Assembly: GCA_016718525.1 (NCBI GenBank)
Contig: JADKDD010000002.1
Coordinates: forward strand, 639,047-703,046
DNA from: Rhodocyclaceae bacterium
Lineage (GTDB): Bacteria > Pseudomonadota > Gammaproteobacteria > Burkholderiales > Rhodocyclaceae
Direction of reading: 5' to 3'
Length of the DNA stretch: 64,000 nucleotides
In this document: piece after piece, positions 28,266 to 37,442 of the stretch
Layout: every line of letters starts with the position of its first letter
Numbering within the stretch: position 1 is the stretch's first letter
Notes under the pieces: generated by a model
What the model saw: the letters and a program-made list of their open reading frames with translations, nothing else
Told to the model about the DNA's origin: nothing
The model's database searches: none
Program-made: the position numbers and the translations under genes

Positions 28266-29441
28266 TTGTCCCGAACAGAGTGTCACAACGTGAACAGCAC
28301 ATTCAAGACGATTTCGGAATCCGACATTCTTGGCGCCAGTATTCTGATTGTGGACGATCAGGAATCGAACATTCGGCTGCTTGGTCACATGTTGCGTAAT
28401 GCCGGTTACACATCGATTACCACCACGACCAAGCCGCGAGAAGTTTTTGCGCTACACCTGCAACATCGGTTTGACTTGATTCTGCTGGATATCCAGATGG
28501 ACGGAATGGATGGGTTTCAGGTGATGGACGGGCTTAAAAAAATCGAAAAGGACGATTACCTCCCAGTGATTGTCATCACTTCACAGCCCGAATACAGGCT
28601 GCGTGCGTTACATCTCGGCGCCAAGGATTTCATCAGCACACCATTTGAACGTGCCGAGGTTTTGGCTCGCGCCCATAACATGCTGGAAGTGCGTCTGCTG
28701 CACGAGGAATCCAAACGCCAGCGAACGTCACTGGCACAAAAGGTCATTGAGGTCGAAACCAGCAATCAAGTCATCAGCCGGCAGCGGGACGAGGTCAAAC
28801 GTCTATATGACGATATCTTGGCCGAGCAACAACGCTCGATGAAATTAAGCTTGCAGCCCGGCGCCATGGTCGGCGTGGAAAACGAGGAACGCCTTGCAAC
28901 CGGTTGGTATCGGAGCCTGAGGTTGCGCCACCCCTGGCTACAACTCAATCTACTCACGGCCTTCGTCGCCGCTGCCGTGGTAGGCATGTTCCAGGGTACC
29001 ATCGACCGGATGCTGATTCTGACCATGTTCCTCCCGGTACTGGCCGGCCAATCAGGCAACACCGGTAGTCAGGCACTGGCCATTACCTTGCGTGGAATGG
29101 CCCTGGGCGATTTGCAATCGGGCAAGGAAACCGCGCTGATAAGGAAGGAAGCGTTGCTGGGTTTGCTCAACGGTGGTCTGGTCGGGATGGTGGCGGCCGC
29201 AGGCATGTATTTTGTTGCCAGTTCCCAGCACTTGTCCGGCACGCTGATGCTAAGCCTCATCGTGTTATTGGCCATGATTGGCAGTTGCATCATCAGCGGT
29301 ATTTGCGGTGCCTTCGTGCCATTGTTGCTGAAGCGACTCGGTGCCGATCCGGTGACCGCGTCCAGTATTTTTCTGACCACCGCCACAGACGTGGTGAGCA
29401 TGGGAATGTTGCTCGGACTGGCAGCGATTCTGGTGAAGTAG
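28266..29441 (+). CDS. Response-regulator receiver domain fused to MgtE-type divalent-cation channel transmembrane domain
   Basis: Residues about 24-140 form a complete REC domain (DD pocket, LLDIQMDGMDG acceptor Asp, VITSQ, KDFISTPF). A coiled-coil linker follows. The C-terminal roughly 180 aa match the MgtE TM domain (FLPVLAGQSGNTGSQALAITLRGMALGD; DPVTASSIFLTTATDVVSMG). Start is uncertain: TTG at 28266 or GTG at 28290. Confidence 0.8.
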   Translation: MSRTECHNVNSTFKTISESDILGASILIVDDQESNIRLLGHMLRNAGYTSITTTTKPREVFALHLQHRFDLILLDIQMDGMDGFQVMDGLKKIEKDDYLPVIVITSQPEYRLRALHLGAKDFISTPFERAEVLARAHNMLEVRLLHEESKRQRTSLAQKVIEVETSNQVISRQRDEVKRLYDDILAEQQRSMKLSLQPGAMVGVENEERLATGWYRSLRLRHPWLQLNLLTAFVAAAVVGMFQGTIDRMLILTMFLPVLAGQSGNTGSQALAITLRGMALGDLQSGKETALIRKEALLGLLNGGLVGMVAAAGMYFVASSQHLSGTLMLSLIVLLAMIGSCIISGICGAFVPLLLKRLGADPVTASSIFLTTATDVVSMGMLLGLAAILVK

Positions 29442-29751
29442 ACGTGACAAACTTCGAATGCCTGAAGCTGCTGACCTTGTCAAACAGTAGTCAGCCAAAA
29501 CTGCCTTATAGGGAAGCGGTGCATCGGAAATTTGCGACTTCAGCGCCGGACTGCTCACAACCACAAATTATCAGGGTTGGCTATTCGCGGCTGACGCCGG
29601 TGTACGGCCCGCACGAATAAGGGTTTCTATAAACTGTCATGGCATGGCCCAGGAAGTAAGCTCGCGGACGCTTCATGCTAGACCTATCTTGACGATTTTT
29701 AATGCATTGTTGTTACTCGTCTTGTTGAAACCAAATGGCTAGAATAAAAAA

Positions 29752-31044
29752 ATGAACAATCTCAGTTGCCGTCTCTCGGTCGGCCTTTTTGTGCGCAATG
29801 CTCTTGGTTTTGTCTTCTGCAGTTTCGCTGGTATTGCGGTAGCGTCAGGATCAGCATCAACGGCAAGCTCTGCCGCAAATCCACAACGCCAACTGCTCGC
29901 GGCCCTGACCGATTTAGCAACCAAACAACCGCGCCATGTCGGTGCGGCTTATGTTGCTGCGCGAACTGCCGCCGCCCTGGGTGATGAACAAACCGCTTTC
30001 TATTGGCTGGACAGGCTGGCCGAGATTGGACTGGGTGACGAGATTGATCCGGACGATTTCGGTCCGCTGGCATTGACGCCCGGCTTCATTGAGCGCGCGA
30101 TTCGCTTTGCAGAAAAGGCTCCGCCGATAGGAAGCGCCGCGCAGGTGCTTGAACTGCAGTGCGGCAACCTGCTGCCGGAAGGCACTGCCTTTGATAGCAA
30201 GCGCGAAGAATTACTGATATCGAGCGGACGACGGCGCACGATTGTTGCCGTCGATGCTCGTGGTCGTTGTCGCGATGTTGTTCCCGAAGGAGACGGCACA
30301 CTGTTTGCTGTTTTGGGCATGTACGCCGACCCGTCGAACGATACACTATGGGTAGCGAGTGCGGCAGCGCCGTTCATGATCAATGCCACACCGGCCGAAG
30401 CTGGCGGATCGATATTGGCACGTATCGACCTTGCCCGTGGCAGAGTCATCGCGTCTTATCGGCTTGCCGGTTCCGGACTGCTCAACGATTTGAGCCGCGG
30501 GAAAGATGGTTCGGTTTACGTCACCGAATCCCGTGGCGGCACCATTTATGTGTTGCGACCAACGCATAACGAGCTGCAACCGCTGTTCCCGCAAGACACT
30601 TTTGAAAGCCCCAACGGCATTCTGGTATTGCCTGACGGAAACCTGCTGGTCGCAGATTTTGACGGTCTTGCACTCATCCTTGATCCTTCTGCAACCGAAC
30701 CGCGCGTTCAAAGACTGAATACGCCAGACGATCTTTACCTTGGCGGCATTGATGGCTTGGCGTGGTCCGAAGGACGCGTGGTTGCCATTCAAAATCTTGT
30801 TGGCCGTAGTCGAATCTGGTCACTTTCCATTGACCCAAAAGGTAGCCGTATCAGCAATGCGCTCGTACTAATGCGCGGACATCCGGATTTTCTGAATCCG
30901 ACTACTGGTGTTGTCGTCGGACGATCATTCAGGTTTATCGCCGATACCAAGCTGCAAACTGTCTTGCCGGACGGCACCCTCTCTGCACTTCCCGCTGGGC
31001 GAACAGGGCATCGCGTCATCACCTTAATGATCGATTTTCCTTAA
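29752..31044 (+). CDS. Secreted protein with helical N-domain and SMP-30/gluconolactonase/LRE-like beta-propeller
   Basis: 430 aa with a signal peptide. Propeller-like blades (KDGSVYVTESRGGTIYVL; PNGILVLPDGNLLVADFDG). Confidence 0.5.
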   Translation: MNNLSCRLSVGLFVRNALGFVFCSFAGIAVASGSASTASSAANPQRQLLAALTDLATKQPRHVGAAYVAARTAAALGDEQTAFYWLDRLAEIGLGDEIDPDDFGPLALTPGFIERAIRFAEKAPPIGSAAQVLELQCGNLLPEGTAFDSKREELLISSGRRRTIVAVDARGRCRDVVPEGDGTLFAVLGMYADPSNDTLWVASAAAPFMINATPAEAGGSILARIDLARGRVIASYRLAGSGLLNDLSRGKDGSVYVTESRGGTIYVLRPTHNELQPLFPQDTFESPNGILVLPDGNLLVADFDGLALILDPSATEPRVQRLNTPDDLYLGGIDGLAWSEGRVVAIQNLVGRSRIWSLSIDPKGSRISNALVLMRGHPDFLNPTTGVVVGRSFRFIADTKLQTVLPDGTLSALPAGRTGHRVITLMIDFP

Positions 31045-31050
31045 TCGAAT

Positions 31051-31110
31051 GAAGTGATTTGAGCACGTCGAAATGGTGCACCGGCGTGCTCAAATCACTT
31101 CGCCTCTTTT
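31051..31110 (+). terminator. 17-bp perfect inverted repeat plus T-run, terminator between convergent genes
   Basis: GAAGTGATTTGAGCACG (31051-31067), a 17-nt loop, then CGTGCTCAAATCACTTC (31085-31101), followed by GCCTCTTTT. The right arm overlaps the stop codon (31095-31097) of the minus-strand permease gene. Confidence 0.6.
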
Positions 31111-31865
31111 GATCCCGCAATGAGGCCAAGCATTGCCGTCAAGCCAAGTACACAGACCACTGTTGGCCCGGGCGGTAAATCGGTGACACCGGAGGCAGCC
31201 AGGCCAACGGCATAGGCGATGATGCCTACGATATAGCCACGATACAAGCCCCGTTTGCCATTCAAGCGACGGCTGGCTAATGCCGGCGCAATCAGGCTGG
31301 CAAAAACCAAAAACACACCGACCAGTTGTACCGACAGCGTCACCGTCAGGGCGAACAATAAATAAAAACCAGTATCCCCAAGTCGCGGTCCGACCCTGAA
31401 CCAAGTCATCAGCACAATTACATAAATGACCGATGGCAGCAGCAATTGTCCCCAGCTGACCCAGAGAATTTGCCCTGCCAGCAGATCGCGCAGATGTTCG
31501 CCGCCATGCGGGTTGTGCGCCAACAACAAAATGCCGACGCAGGCGGAGACAGCAAACAAGAGGCCGATCAGGGCCTCCTGAATTTCCGGCCAGCGTCGTC
31601 CCGACCAGGTCAGCAACAGCGCGCCACAGACGGCGGCCGCAACAGCCGTCGCCTGGGTTGCCAGATCAATGCCACCGTCCGCGTCACCCCAACCAGCCAG
31701 GTGCGCCGCCATCACTCCCAAGCCTGCGACCTGAGCAATTGCGAGGTCGATAAAGATGATGCCGCGACGAAGCACTTCGCGCCCCAAAGGTACGTGCGTC
31801 GCGAGCACCAGCAAACCGGCACAAAACGGCACCAGCAGCAAACCAAAATCAATCGCCTCGATCAT
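31095..31865 (-). CDS. Metal ABC transporter permease (ABC-3 / ZnuB-TroC family)
   Basis: 256 aa. The HVPLGREVLRRGIIFIDLAIAQVAGLG motif is typical of ZnuB-like permeases. Confidence 0.85.
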   Translation of the reverse strand: MIEAIDFGLLLVPFCAGLLVLATHVPLGREVLRRGIIFIDLAIAQVAGLGVMAAHLAGWGDADGGIDLATQATAVAAAVCGALLLTWSGRRWPEIQEALIGLLFAVSACVGILLLAHNPHGGEHLRDLLAGQILWVSWGQLLLPSVIYVIVLMTWFRVGPRLGDTGFYLLFALTVTLSVQLVGVFLVFASLIAPALASRRLNGKRGLYRGYIVGIIAYAVGLAASGVTDLPPGPTVVCVLGLTAMLGLIAGSKEAK

Positions 31866-31867
31866 GG

Positions 31868-32764
31868 TTATGGTTGTACCAATCGGGATATGGTCAGATC
31901 GAAAGTGCTGAACAAGTCTGTCGCCTTTTCATCGCCGCCAACGGTAAACGGCAATACCGCAATCGGCACATTGGCTTCACGTGAGAACCATTCCGCAGGT
32001 CGCGGCGAATTGTAGGCAGCACGAATCACCATCTTTACGCCACGGCCGGAAGTCTTCGCAACGACGTCGCTCAGATATGCCGCCGAAGGCTCGACCCCGG
32101 GCTTGGGCTCGAGCGTCGCGATTTGTTTCATCCCGAGCCAATTCAACAGGTAAGTGAATGACGCGTGTTGGACCACGACCAGTGCACCGCGTAGTGGCGC
32201 TGCAGTTTTCTCCCAACGCGCAATCGCCACCGTCCAGCGCTCTGCAAACCGCGCCAGGTTCGCCTGATATGCGGCAGCGTTGGCAGTATCGATCTCGCCC
32301 AAACGTTTACTCAAGGCTTGGCCTACGCGCAGGATGTTTCGCGGGTCAGTCTGGATGTGCGGGTTGCCGGCGGCATGCACGTCACCATCAGCCCGATCAA
32401 GGCGCGTCGGCACTTCCAGCATCGTCACGTACTGCGCCGCCTCAAAATTGCCTGGCTGCCCCGGCTGTATCCTCGGGTTGCCTGATTCGCGCAACACAAC
32501 CGGCAACCAGCCCACCTCAAGTTCGGCTCCGGTTGATATCAATAGATCTGCGTTGCGCGCACGCGCTACCAGCGAGGGGCGGGCCTCAATACGATGCGGA
32601 TCCTGCATCCCTGTGGTCGCCGACGACACCTTGACTTTGTCGCCGCCGATTTCCTGAGCCAGTGCCGCCCATTCCGGTACCGTGGCGAGAATGTTGAGAG
32701 CGGCATTGGCTGGCACGGCTGTCGCCGTAAGCACCATTGCCGCGAGGGTGAAGAGTATTTTCAT
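31868..32764 (-). CDS. Metal ABC transporter substrate-binding protein (cluster A-I, ZnuA/TroA-like)
   Basis: Start set at the ATG at 32764 (MKILFTLAAMVLTATAVPANA). Metal-site motif GDVHAAGNPHIQTDP. No long His-rich loop. Confidence 0.85.
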   Translation of the reverse strand: MKILFTLAAMVLTATAVPANAALNILATVPEWAALAQEIGGDKVKVSSATTGMQDPHRIEARPSLVARARNADLLISTGAELEVGWLPVVLRESGNPRIQPGQPGNFEAAQYVTMLEVPTRLDRADGDVHAAGNPHIQTDPRNILRVGQALSKRLGEIDTANAAAYQANLARFAERWTVAIARWEKTAAPLRGALVVVQHASFTYLLNWLGMKQIATLEPKPGVEPSAAYLSDVVAKTSGRGVKMVIRAAYNSPRPAEWFSREANVPIAVLPFTVGGDEKATDLFSTFDLTISRLVQP

Positions 32765-32783
32765 TTTTTCTCCCGGGTTCTGG

Positions 32784-34193
32784 TTAGTATTTGTGCGCGC
32801 CGTGCGCGCCGAGATTGACGATGTAGTGCAGCCAGACTTGATTGTCCGTGATGTCGTTTCGGGCTTTATCGCGGGCAAACTGAACACGGAAACGCGAAAA
32901 CTCGCTAGGTGACCAATCGAACATCACTGTGTTGCGGGACGGGTTGTAAGGATTTAGTCCCGGAATATTGCCTGCAGCAACATCAACGTTATCAATATGT
33001 CCGTAGTCAAGCCGGTCATAGCGATAGCCAACGCGCCAGGCGGGCAGGAACTGATAGACGCTTTGCAGGTACCAACCCGATTGCGTGGAATCGTAGCTGT
33101 TTGTTGTCCCGGCCAAATAGTTGAGGTCGCCATTTTCATGACGCCGCATGTATTCACCCTGCAGTTTCAAACTGGCCCCGCTGCTGTCCTCCGGTTTCCA
33201 TTTGTACACAAAGTCGCCGATCAGCATTTTGGTGCGCGCCGAAATCGCGTAGCTGGCGATATCAGGATCATCAACCCGGTCTCGCGGTTTGGTAGTCAGG
33301 TAGGAGGCCCCTGCACGCCAACTCTGCGTATTGCCGATGTCGCCGCCAACATTGGCGAAGAACGCGGCCGTTTCTACGCCATTTTTGCCATTGTTGGTCG
33401 AGGGGAAACTCATCCCGTTGATCGCCTCAGCTCCCAGCGAAAAATATATGTCACTTGGCGCCAGCCATTTGAGCTGCAGGCCATCGTCGATCAGTTGCCC
33501 GCCAAAAAATGCCTGGTAGGGAAGCGGTGCATCTGAAAAATCCCAAGTGTGCGCATGCTGACTATTGAGGTAACCGACCCCGGACAGGAAACGCCCGGCA
33601 GTCAGGCCAAATCCGTTCGGCAACGAACTTGAACGAATGAAAGCCTCTTCGATTTCCGGGCTCTCGCCATTTTCAGGCGGCAGGGCCAGCGTCAGCCGGC
33701 CTGACCACATAGGGTCAATGCTGGCCTCCAGCGACAGCTCTGATTCACCAATATTGAAACCACGGGATGGCGGACCAATTTCACCCAACGATGGCGCGAA
33801 ACCATCAATTCGATAGGGCGTCTTGTTGGGGTCATTCTGCAGATGGGTGTACATCCCCGACAGCACCAATGAAATTGCCGGATTGAAGGCATTGGCCGCT
33901 GGCGGTGGCGCGGGCTGTTTAACTGGCGGAACAGCCGCAATCTGCTCTGCGCGACTAGCGGTCGTCTCGGCCTTTTGCGCCGACACCTCGGCTTTTTGGG
34001 CAGTCGCTTCAGCCGCATTCAGGCGCCTTTCAAGCGCCGCAATTTGCTGCTCATAGTTGCTTTTCATTTGCGCAATTTCAGCGCGCAACAACTTCAAATC
34101 AGCGTCAGAGGCTGCCGCCGCGACGCCAGGTACGACAAACGGAGAGGCAAGGGCAATAGCTGCCGCGAGCCCCGAAATTGTGGGGTTCTGCAT
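32784..34193 (-). CDS. Outer-membrane porin-like protein with N-terminal coiled coil
   Basis: Start set at the ATG at 34193 (MQNPTISGLAAAIALASP...). Heptad-like segment LKLLRAEIAQMKSNYEQQIAALERRLNAAE, then a beta-barrel-like C-terminal region ending ...GAHGAHKY. Confidence 0.55.
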   Translation of the reverse strand: MQNPTISGLAAAIALASPFVVPGVAAAASDADLKLLRAEIAQMKSNYEQQIAALERRLNAAEATAQKAEVSAQKAETTASRAEQIAAVPPVKQPAPPPAANAFNPAISLVLSGMYTHLQNDPNKTPYRIDGFAPSLGEIGPPSRGFNIGESELSLEASIDPMWSGRLTLALPPENGESPEIEEAFIRSSSLPNGFGLTAGRFLSGVGYLNSQHAHTWDFSDAPLPYQAFFGGQLIDDGLQLKWLAPSDIYFSLGAEAINGMSFPSTNNGKNGVETAAFFANVGGDIGNTQSWRAGASYLTTKPRDRVDDPDIASYAISARTKMLIGDFVYKWKPEDSSGASLKLQGEYMRRHENGDLNYLAGTTNSYDSTQSGWYLQSVYQFLPAWRVGYRYDRLDYGHIDNVDVAAGNIPGLNPYNPSRNTVMFDWSPSEFSRFRVQFARDKARNDITDNQVWLHYIVNLGAHGAHKY

Positions 34194-34269
34194 AGTGTGT
34201 TCTCCAAAGCAATGATGTAAGCCACCCGGCGCAATGTGCGGGGTGGACAACAGAAACGTTTGCTGTGCT

Positions 34270-34611
34270 TTAGAAGACGCTAGGAGGACCGCGGGGGAGC
34301 GCACGCCACTGTGGAAAGGCATGCAAAAAACCAGTTGAAACACCCAACGCTATCACCAGCATGAACGCTGCTGGTGCCGGTCCGGCAAATGCGGCGAGTG
34401 GCACCGCATCGACGCCGGCAAAGGCCAGGCAGGTAGAACAAACGTGAGACAGTTGCTCGGGCGCGCCGTGCTCTACGTCCTGCTGCTGAACAACAGTGTC
34501 GGTCTTTGCAGTCCCAAGGTGGCCAAGCAAATGCCAATACGCCGCTTGCTGTGAATACAGCAGCAACAGCGCAAGCGCGATGACGAACGGGAATGAGCGA
34601 TGAAGCTTCAT
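34270..34611 (-). CDS. Small membrane/secreted His/Cys protein, DUF2946-like
   Basis: 113 aa. N-terminal TM segment, HLLGH, and a HVCSTCLAFAG motif resembling the CxxC-L-x-x-AG of DUF2946 proteins found in metal-uptake loci. Confidence 0.4.
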   Translation of the reverse strand: MKLHRSFPFVIALALLLLYSQQAAYWHLLGHLGTAKTDTVVQQQDVEHGAPEQLSHVCSTCLAFAGVDAVPLAAFAGPAPAAFMLVIALGVSTGFLHAFPQWRALPRGPPSVF

Positions 34612-34679
34612 GGGACTGCCGATTGTACTTCAGCAAACTCACCAGTCATGAAATCGGACCGAGTCGGTCATCGGCTGAG

Positions 34680-35177
34680 TCAGGTCTGCGTCGGCAACAT
34701 CCGGTAATGGCCACCGTAGTACAACAGCGGCGGCGGAGCATCCTTGTTGCGGTGATGACGTTCGACATGACCGATAAAGATGACGTGATCGCCACCCGGG
34801 TATTGCGTTTCGCGGCGGCACTCGAAGCTGGCACAGCAGCCGACAATCAACGGCGTGTCACCAGCACCAACTCGCAAGTCGAGGCCGGTAAATTTGTCCT
34901 GCCGGGTTCCGGCAAAGCGTCGTGAAATATCGACCTGATTTTCGGCCAGCACATTCACCGCAAAATGTGTACAGGCTTCAAAGGCAGGCAGTAATTTCGA
35001 GTCGGAAGTCAGGCTCCACAGTATCAGCGGTGGATCAAGGGATACCGACGCAAAGGAATTGACTGTCAAGCCGACAAAGCGACCATCGATCCCGCGCGCA
35101 GTAACCACCGTAACGCCAGTGGCAAATTGTCCGAGCGACTGACGCAACGAGCGGTGAGTGGATTCTGAAGGTGCCAT
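34680..35177 (-). CDS. Flavin reductase family protein (HpaC/RutF-like)
   Basis: Start set at the ATG at 35177 (MAPSESTHRSLRQSLGQFATGVTVVTA...). Conserved NSFASVSLDPPLILWSL and GGDHVIFIG. The upstream part of the 316-aa ORF is low-complexity and not credible. Confidence 0.8.
   Translation of the reverse strand: MAPSESTHRSLRQSLGQFATGVTVVTARGIDGRFVGLTVNSFASVSLDPPLILWSLTSDSKLLPAFEACTHFAVNVLAENQVDISRRFAGTRQDKFTGLDLRVGAGDTPLIVGCCASFECRRETQYPGGDHVIFIGHVERHHRNKDAPPPLLYYGGHYRMLPTQT
34847..34874 (+). repeat. Copy B of the bipartite motif (TCAACGGCGTGTCACCAGCACCAACTCG)
   Basis: Lies inside the flavin reductase gene, antisense to the coding strand, where the gene encodes RVGAGDTPLI. Confidence 0.6.
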
Positions 35178-35350
35178 GAAGGTGCTCGTCAATGCATCTG
35201 ATGTTGATGTGACCGGACGGTCATCTCGACTTTGCATCGACCCGTCAGCCCGGTGGTTTTGGCAATTATTGCATTTCAAAGCCGGATGTTGGGTTGGGAA
35301 TGCGTAGCCGCAAACCGTTGCTGTTGGCTTGGTCTGCGTAGAATCGTCAC

Positions 35351-35977
35351 ATGGAAGCTGCACTGGAATTTCTCTACTCGCTGCAGGGCTGGCCTGCTTA
35401 TGGGCTGGTGCTCGGCCTGTTGATTCTGTGCGGTATCGGTGCACCAATGAATGAGGATATCGTTTTGCTGGTCGCCGCCGCGCTAACGCTAAAGGGCGTG
35501 ATGGATCCGCTGCCGCTGATGTTGGTGGGCTGGATCGGGATAATGATTGGTGACACGCTGGTATTTCATTGGGGGCATCGCTTTGGCGCACCACTGCTCG
35601 GTTCGCGCTTCTTTTCGCGCATCGTCTCACCGGCGCGATTGGTCGAAATGCAGGAGCGGGTACGTCGCGGCGGACCGTACTTCATTTTTGTGATCCGTTT
35701 TTTGCCGGGCATCCGTACCGCACTATTTTTTGCCGCAGGCTCGCTCAAGCTGCCTTACCGCACCTTGTTCATCTACGACGGCGCCGCTGCGTTGATTGAG
35801 CTGCCGCTGCTGGTTTATGCGGTGCGTTATGTCGGTGGCAATTGGCAGCAGATCTGGCAAACCGTGGCCAACGCGCAAGGTGATTTGCTGGCCGGGATCG
35901 CCGCGCTGCTGCTGTTCTGGCTAGCTCGACGCTGGTACCTGAACCGGCAGCTTAAAAAACGAGGAGAGCGCGCATGA
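35351..35977 (+). CDS. DedA family (VTT/SNARE-associated) membrane protein
   Basis: 208 aa. GAPMNEDIVLLVAAAL ... RFLPGIRTALFFAAG motifs. Confidence 0.85.
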   Translation: MEAALEFLYSLQGWPAYGLVLGLLILCGIGAPMNEDIVLLVAAALTLKGVMDPLPLMLVGWIGIMIGDTLVFHWGHRFGAPLLGSRFFSRIVSPARLVEMQERVRRGGPYFIFVIRFLPGIRTALFFAAGSLKLPYRTLFIYDGAAALIELPLLVYAVRYVGGNWQQIWQTVANAQGDLLAGIAALLLFWLARRWYLNRQLKKRGERA

Positions 35978-37434
35978 CACGAACTGCATTGCCCGCCAAG
36001 GGCCGCCCTGCGGATGAAATTCTGACCGAGCTGAAAGACTTTTCGGCCGGCGACCCCGACTACAAACACGGTCGCTTGTGGAGTCTGGTGTATTACCTGG
36101 ACGAGGATTACGCTGATTTTCTGGGCAAGGCCTATCAGCAGTTCGCCTCGGCCAACGGTCTGAATCCGACCGCATTCAAGAGTCTGAAACGCTTCGAGAA
36201 CGAAATCATTGCAGCAGTGGCGGAACTGTTTCACGGCACGCCGGAAGTTTGCGGTGTAGTCACCTCCGGTGGCACCGAAAGCTGCCTGCTGGCGGTCAAG
36301 ACTTACCGTGACATGGCGCGCGCCGAGCGGCGCGTCAAGAACCCCGAAATGGTGTTGCCGGTCACCGCTCACGTCGCCTGGTTCAAGGCTGCAGAGTATT
36401 TTGATGTCAAGGTGCGCCTGCTGCCGCTGGACAAAAACTTGCGCGCCGATGTGAAGAAACTCAAGGGGCTGATCAACCGCAACACGGTGATGATTCTTGG
36501 TTCGGCGCCGGAATATCCACACGGCACCATCGACCCGATCGCCGAATTCGGCAAGGTCGCACAGCAACACAAAATTCCTTTGCATGTCGATGCCTGCGTC
36601 GGCGGATTCATCCTGCCCTTCATCGCAATGAATGGCCGCGAGGTACCGTTGTGGGATTACCGCGTGCAGGGCGTTACCTCGATTTCGGCCGACATTCACA
36701 AATACGGCTTCGCCGCCAAGGGCGCTTCGACCATCACTTACCGCAACCTGAATTACCTCAAGCATCAGATGTTCGTTTATGAAGATTGGCCTGGCGGCAT
36801 TTTCGCTTCACCTGCCCTGCTCGGCACCCGGCCGGGTGGCGCGTATTCGGCCGCGTGGGCGGCGATGCAATACATGGGTACCACGGGCTATCGCGATCTG
36901 GCGCGCAAGACTTGCAAGGCACTCGATGCATTGCGTAACGGTATCGCGAAAATTCCGGAACTGTATGTCATGGGTGATCCGGCTTTTGTGGTCGGGCCGC
37001 TACTGGCTTATGGCTCGCGTGACGCAGGTGTCAATATTTTTGCGGTCGGCGACCAAATGGATGCGAAGGGCTGGAAGATCAATCGTCTGCAGAATCCCGA
37101 CGGGCTTCACGCGATGATCACTGCGCAACACACCGCGGTAACTGCTGACTACCTGCGCGACCTCAAGGCCGCAGTGGCCACGGTAAAAGCCAATCCCGAA
37201 TTGGCAAAGTCCGGCAGTGCGGCAACCTACGGCCTGATGTCGCACCTGCCGTTGCGCGGGATGGTGCGCAGCAAAGTACTGGAGACGTTTGCTGCGATGT
37301 ACCGTGCCGGTGGCGGTGAAGTGGATCTTGACGCCGCGCACGAGACACCGCAGGGCGGACTCAATGGACTGGTGACACGCCTGGCACACTGGGTTTCTGA
37401 TGTGGCTGCAAAGCGTCAGCACCGTCAGCCTTGA
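35974..37434 (+). CDS. Sphingosine-1-phosphate lyase-like PLP-dependent enzyme (group II decarboxylase fold), soluble form
   Basis: 486 aa. TSGGTESCLLAVK, LHVDACVGGFILPF and the Lys motif SISADIHKYGFAAKGAS match the SPL signature (SADTHKYG). The start ATG overlaps the DedA stop (ATGA). Confidence 0.8.
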   Translation: MTRTALPAKGRPADEILTELKDFSAGDPDYKHGRLWSLVYYLDEDYADFLGKAYQQFASANGLNPTAFKSLKRFENEIIAAVAELFHGTPEVCGVVTSGGTESCLLAVKTYRDMARAERRVKNPEMVLPVTAHVAWFKAAEYFDVKVRLLPLDKNLRADVKKLKGLINRNTVMILGSAPEYPHGTIDPIAEFGKVAQQHKIPLHVDACVGGFILPFIAMNGREVPLWDYRVQGVTSISADIHKYGFAAKGASTITYRNLNYLKHQMFVYEDWPGGIFASPALLGTRPGGAYSAAWAAMQYMGTTGYRDLARKTCKALDALRNGIAKIPELYVMGDPAFVVGPLLAYGSRDAGVNIFAVGDQMDAKGWKINRLQNPDGLHAMITAQHTAVTADYLRDLKAAVATVKANPELAKSGSAATYGLMSHLPLRGMVRSKVLETFAAMYRAGGGEVDLDAAHETPQGGLNGLVTRLAHWVSDVAAKRQHRQP

Positions 37435-37442
37435 CCTGATCA

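Noticed and set aside
29509-29525. Exact 17-mer TAGGGAAGCGGTGCATC, shared with 33517-33533.
   Set aside because: There are only two copies, one intergenic and one inside the outer-membrane protein gene. There is no flanking similarity beyond GAAA and no structure. A single 17-mer match in 64 kb is borderline and is most simply chance.
35262-35272. 11-nt palindrome GCAATTATTGC in the flavin reductase / DedA divergent region, considered as a Zur/Fur box.
   Set aside because: It is too short and does not match the Fur (GATAATGATAATCATTATC) or Zur consensus well. It is kept only as a note.
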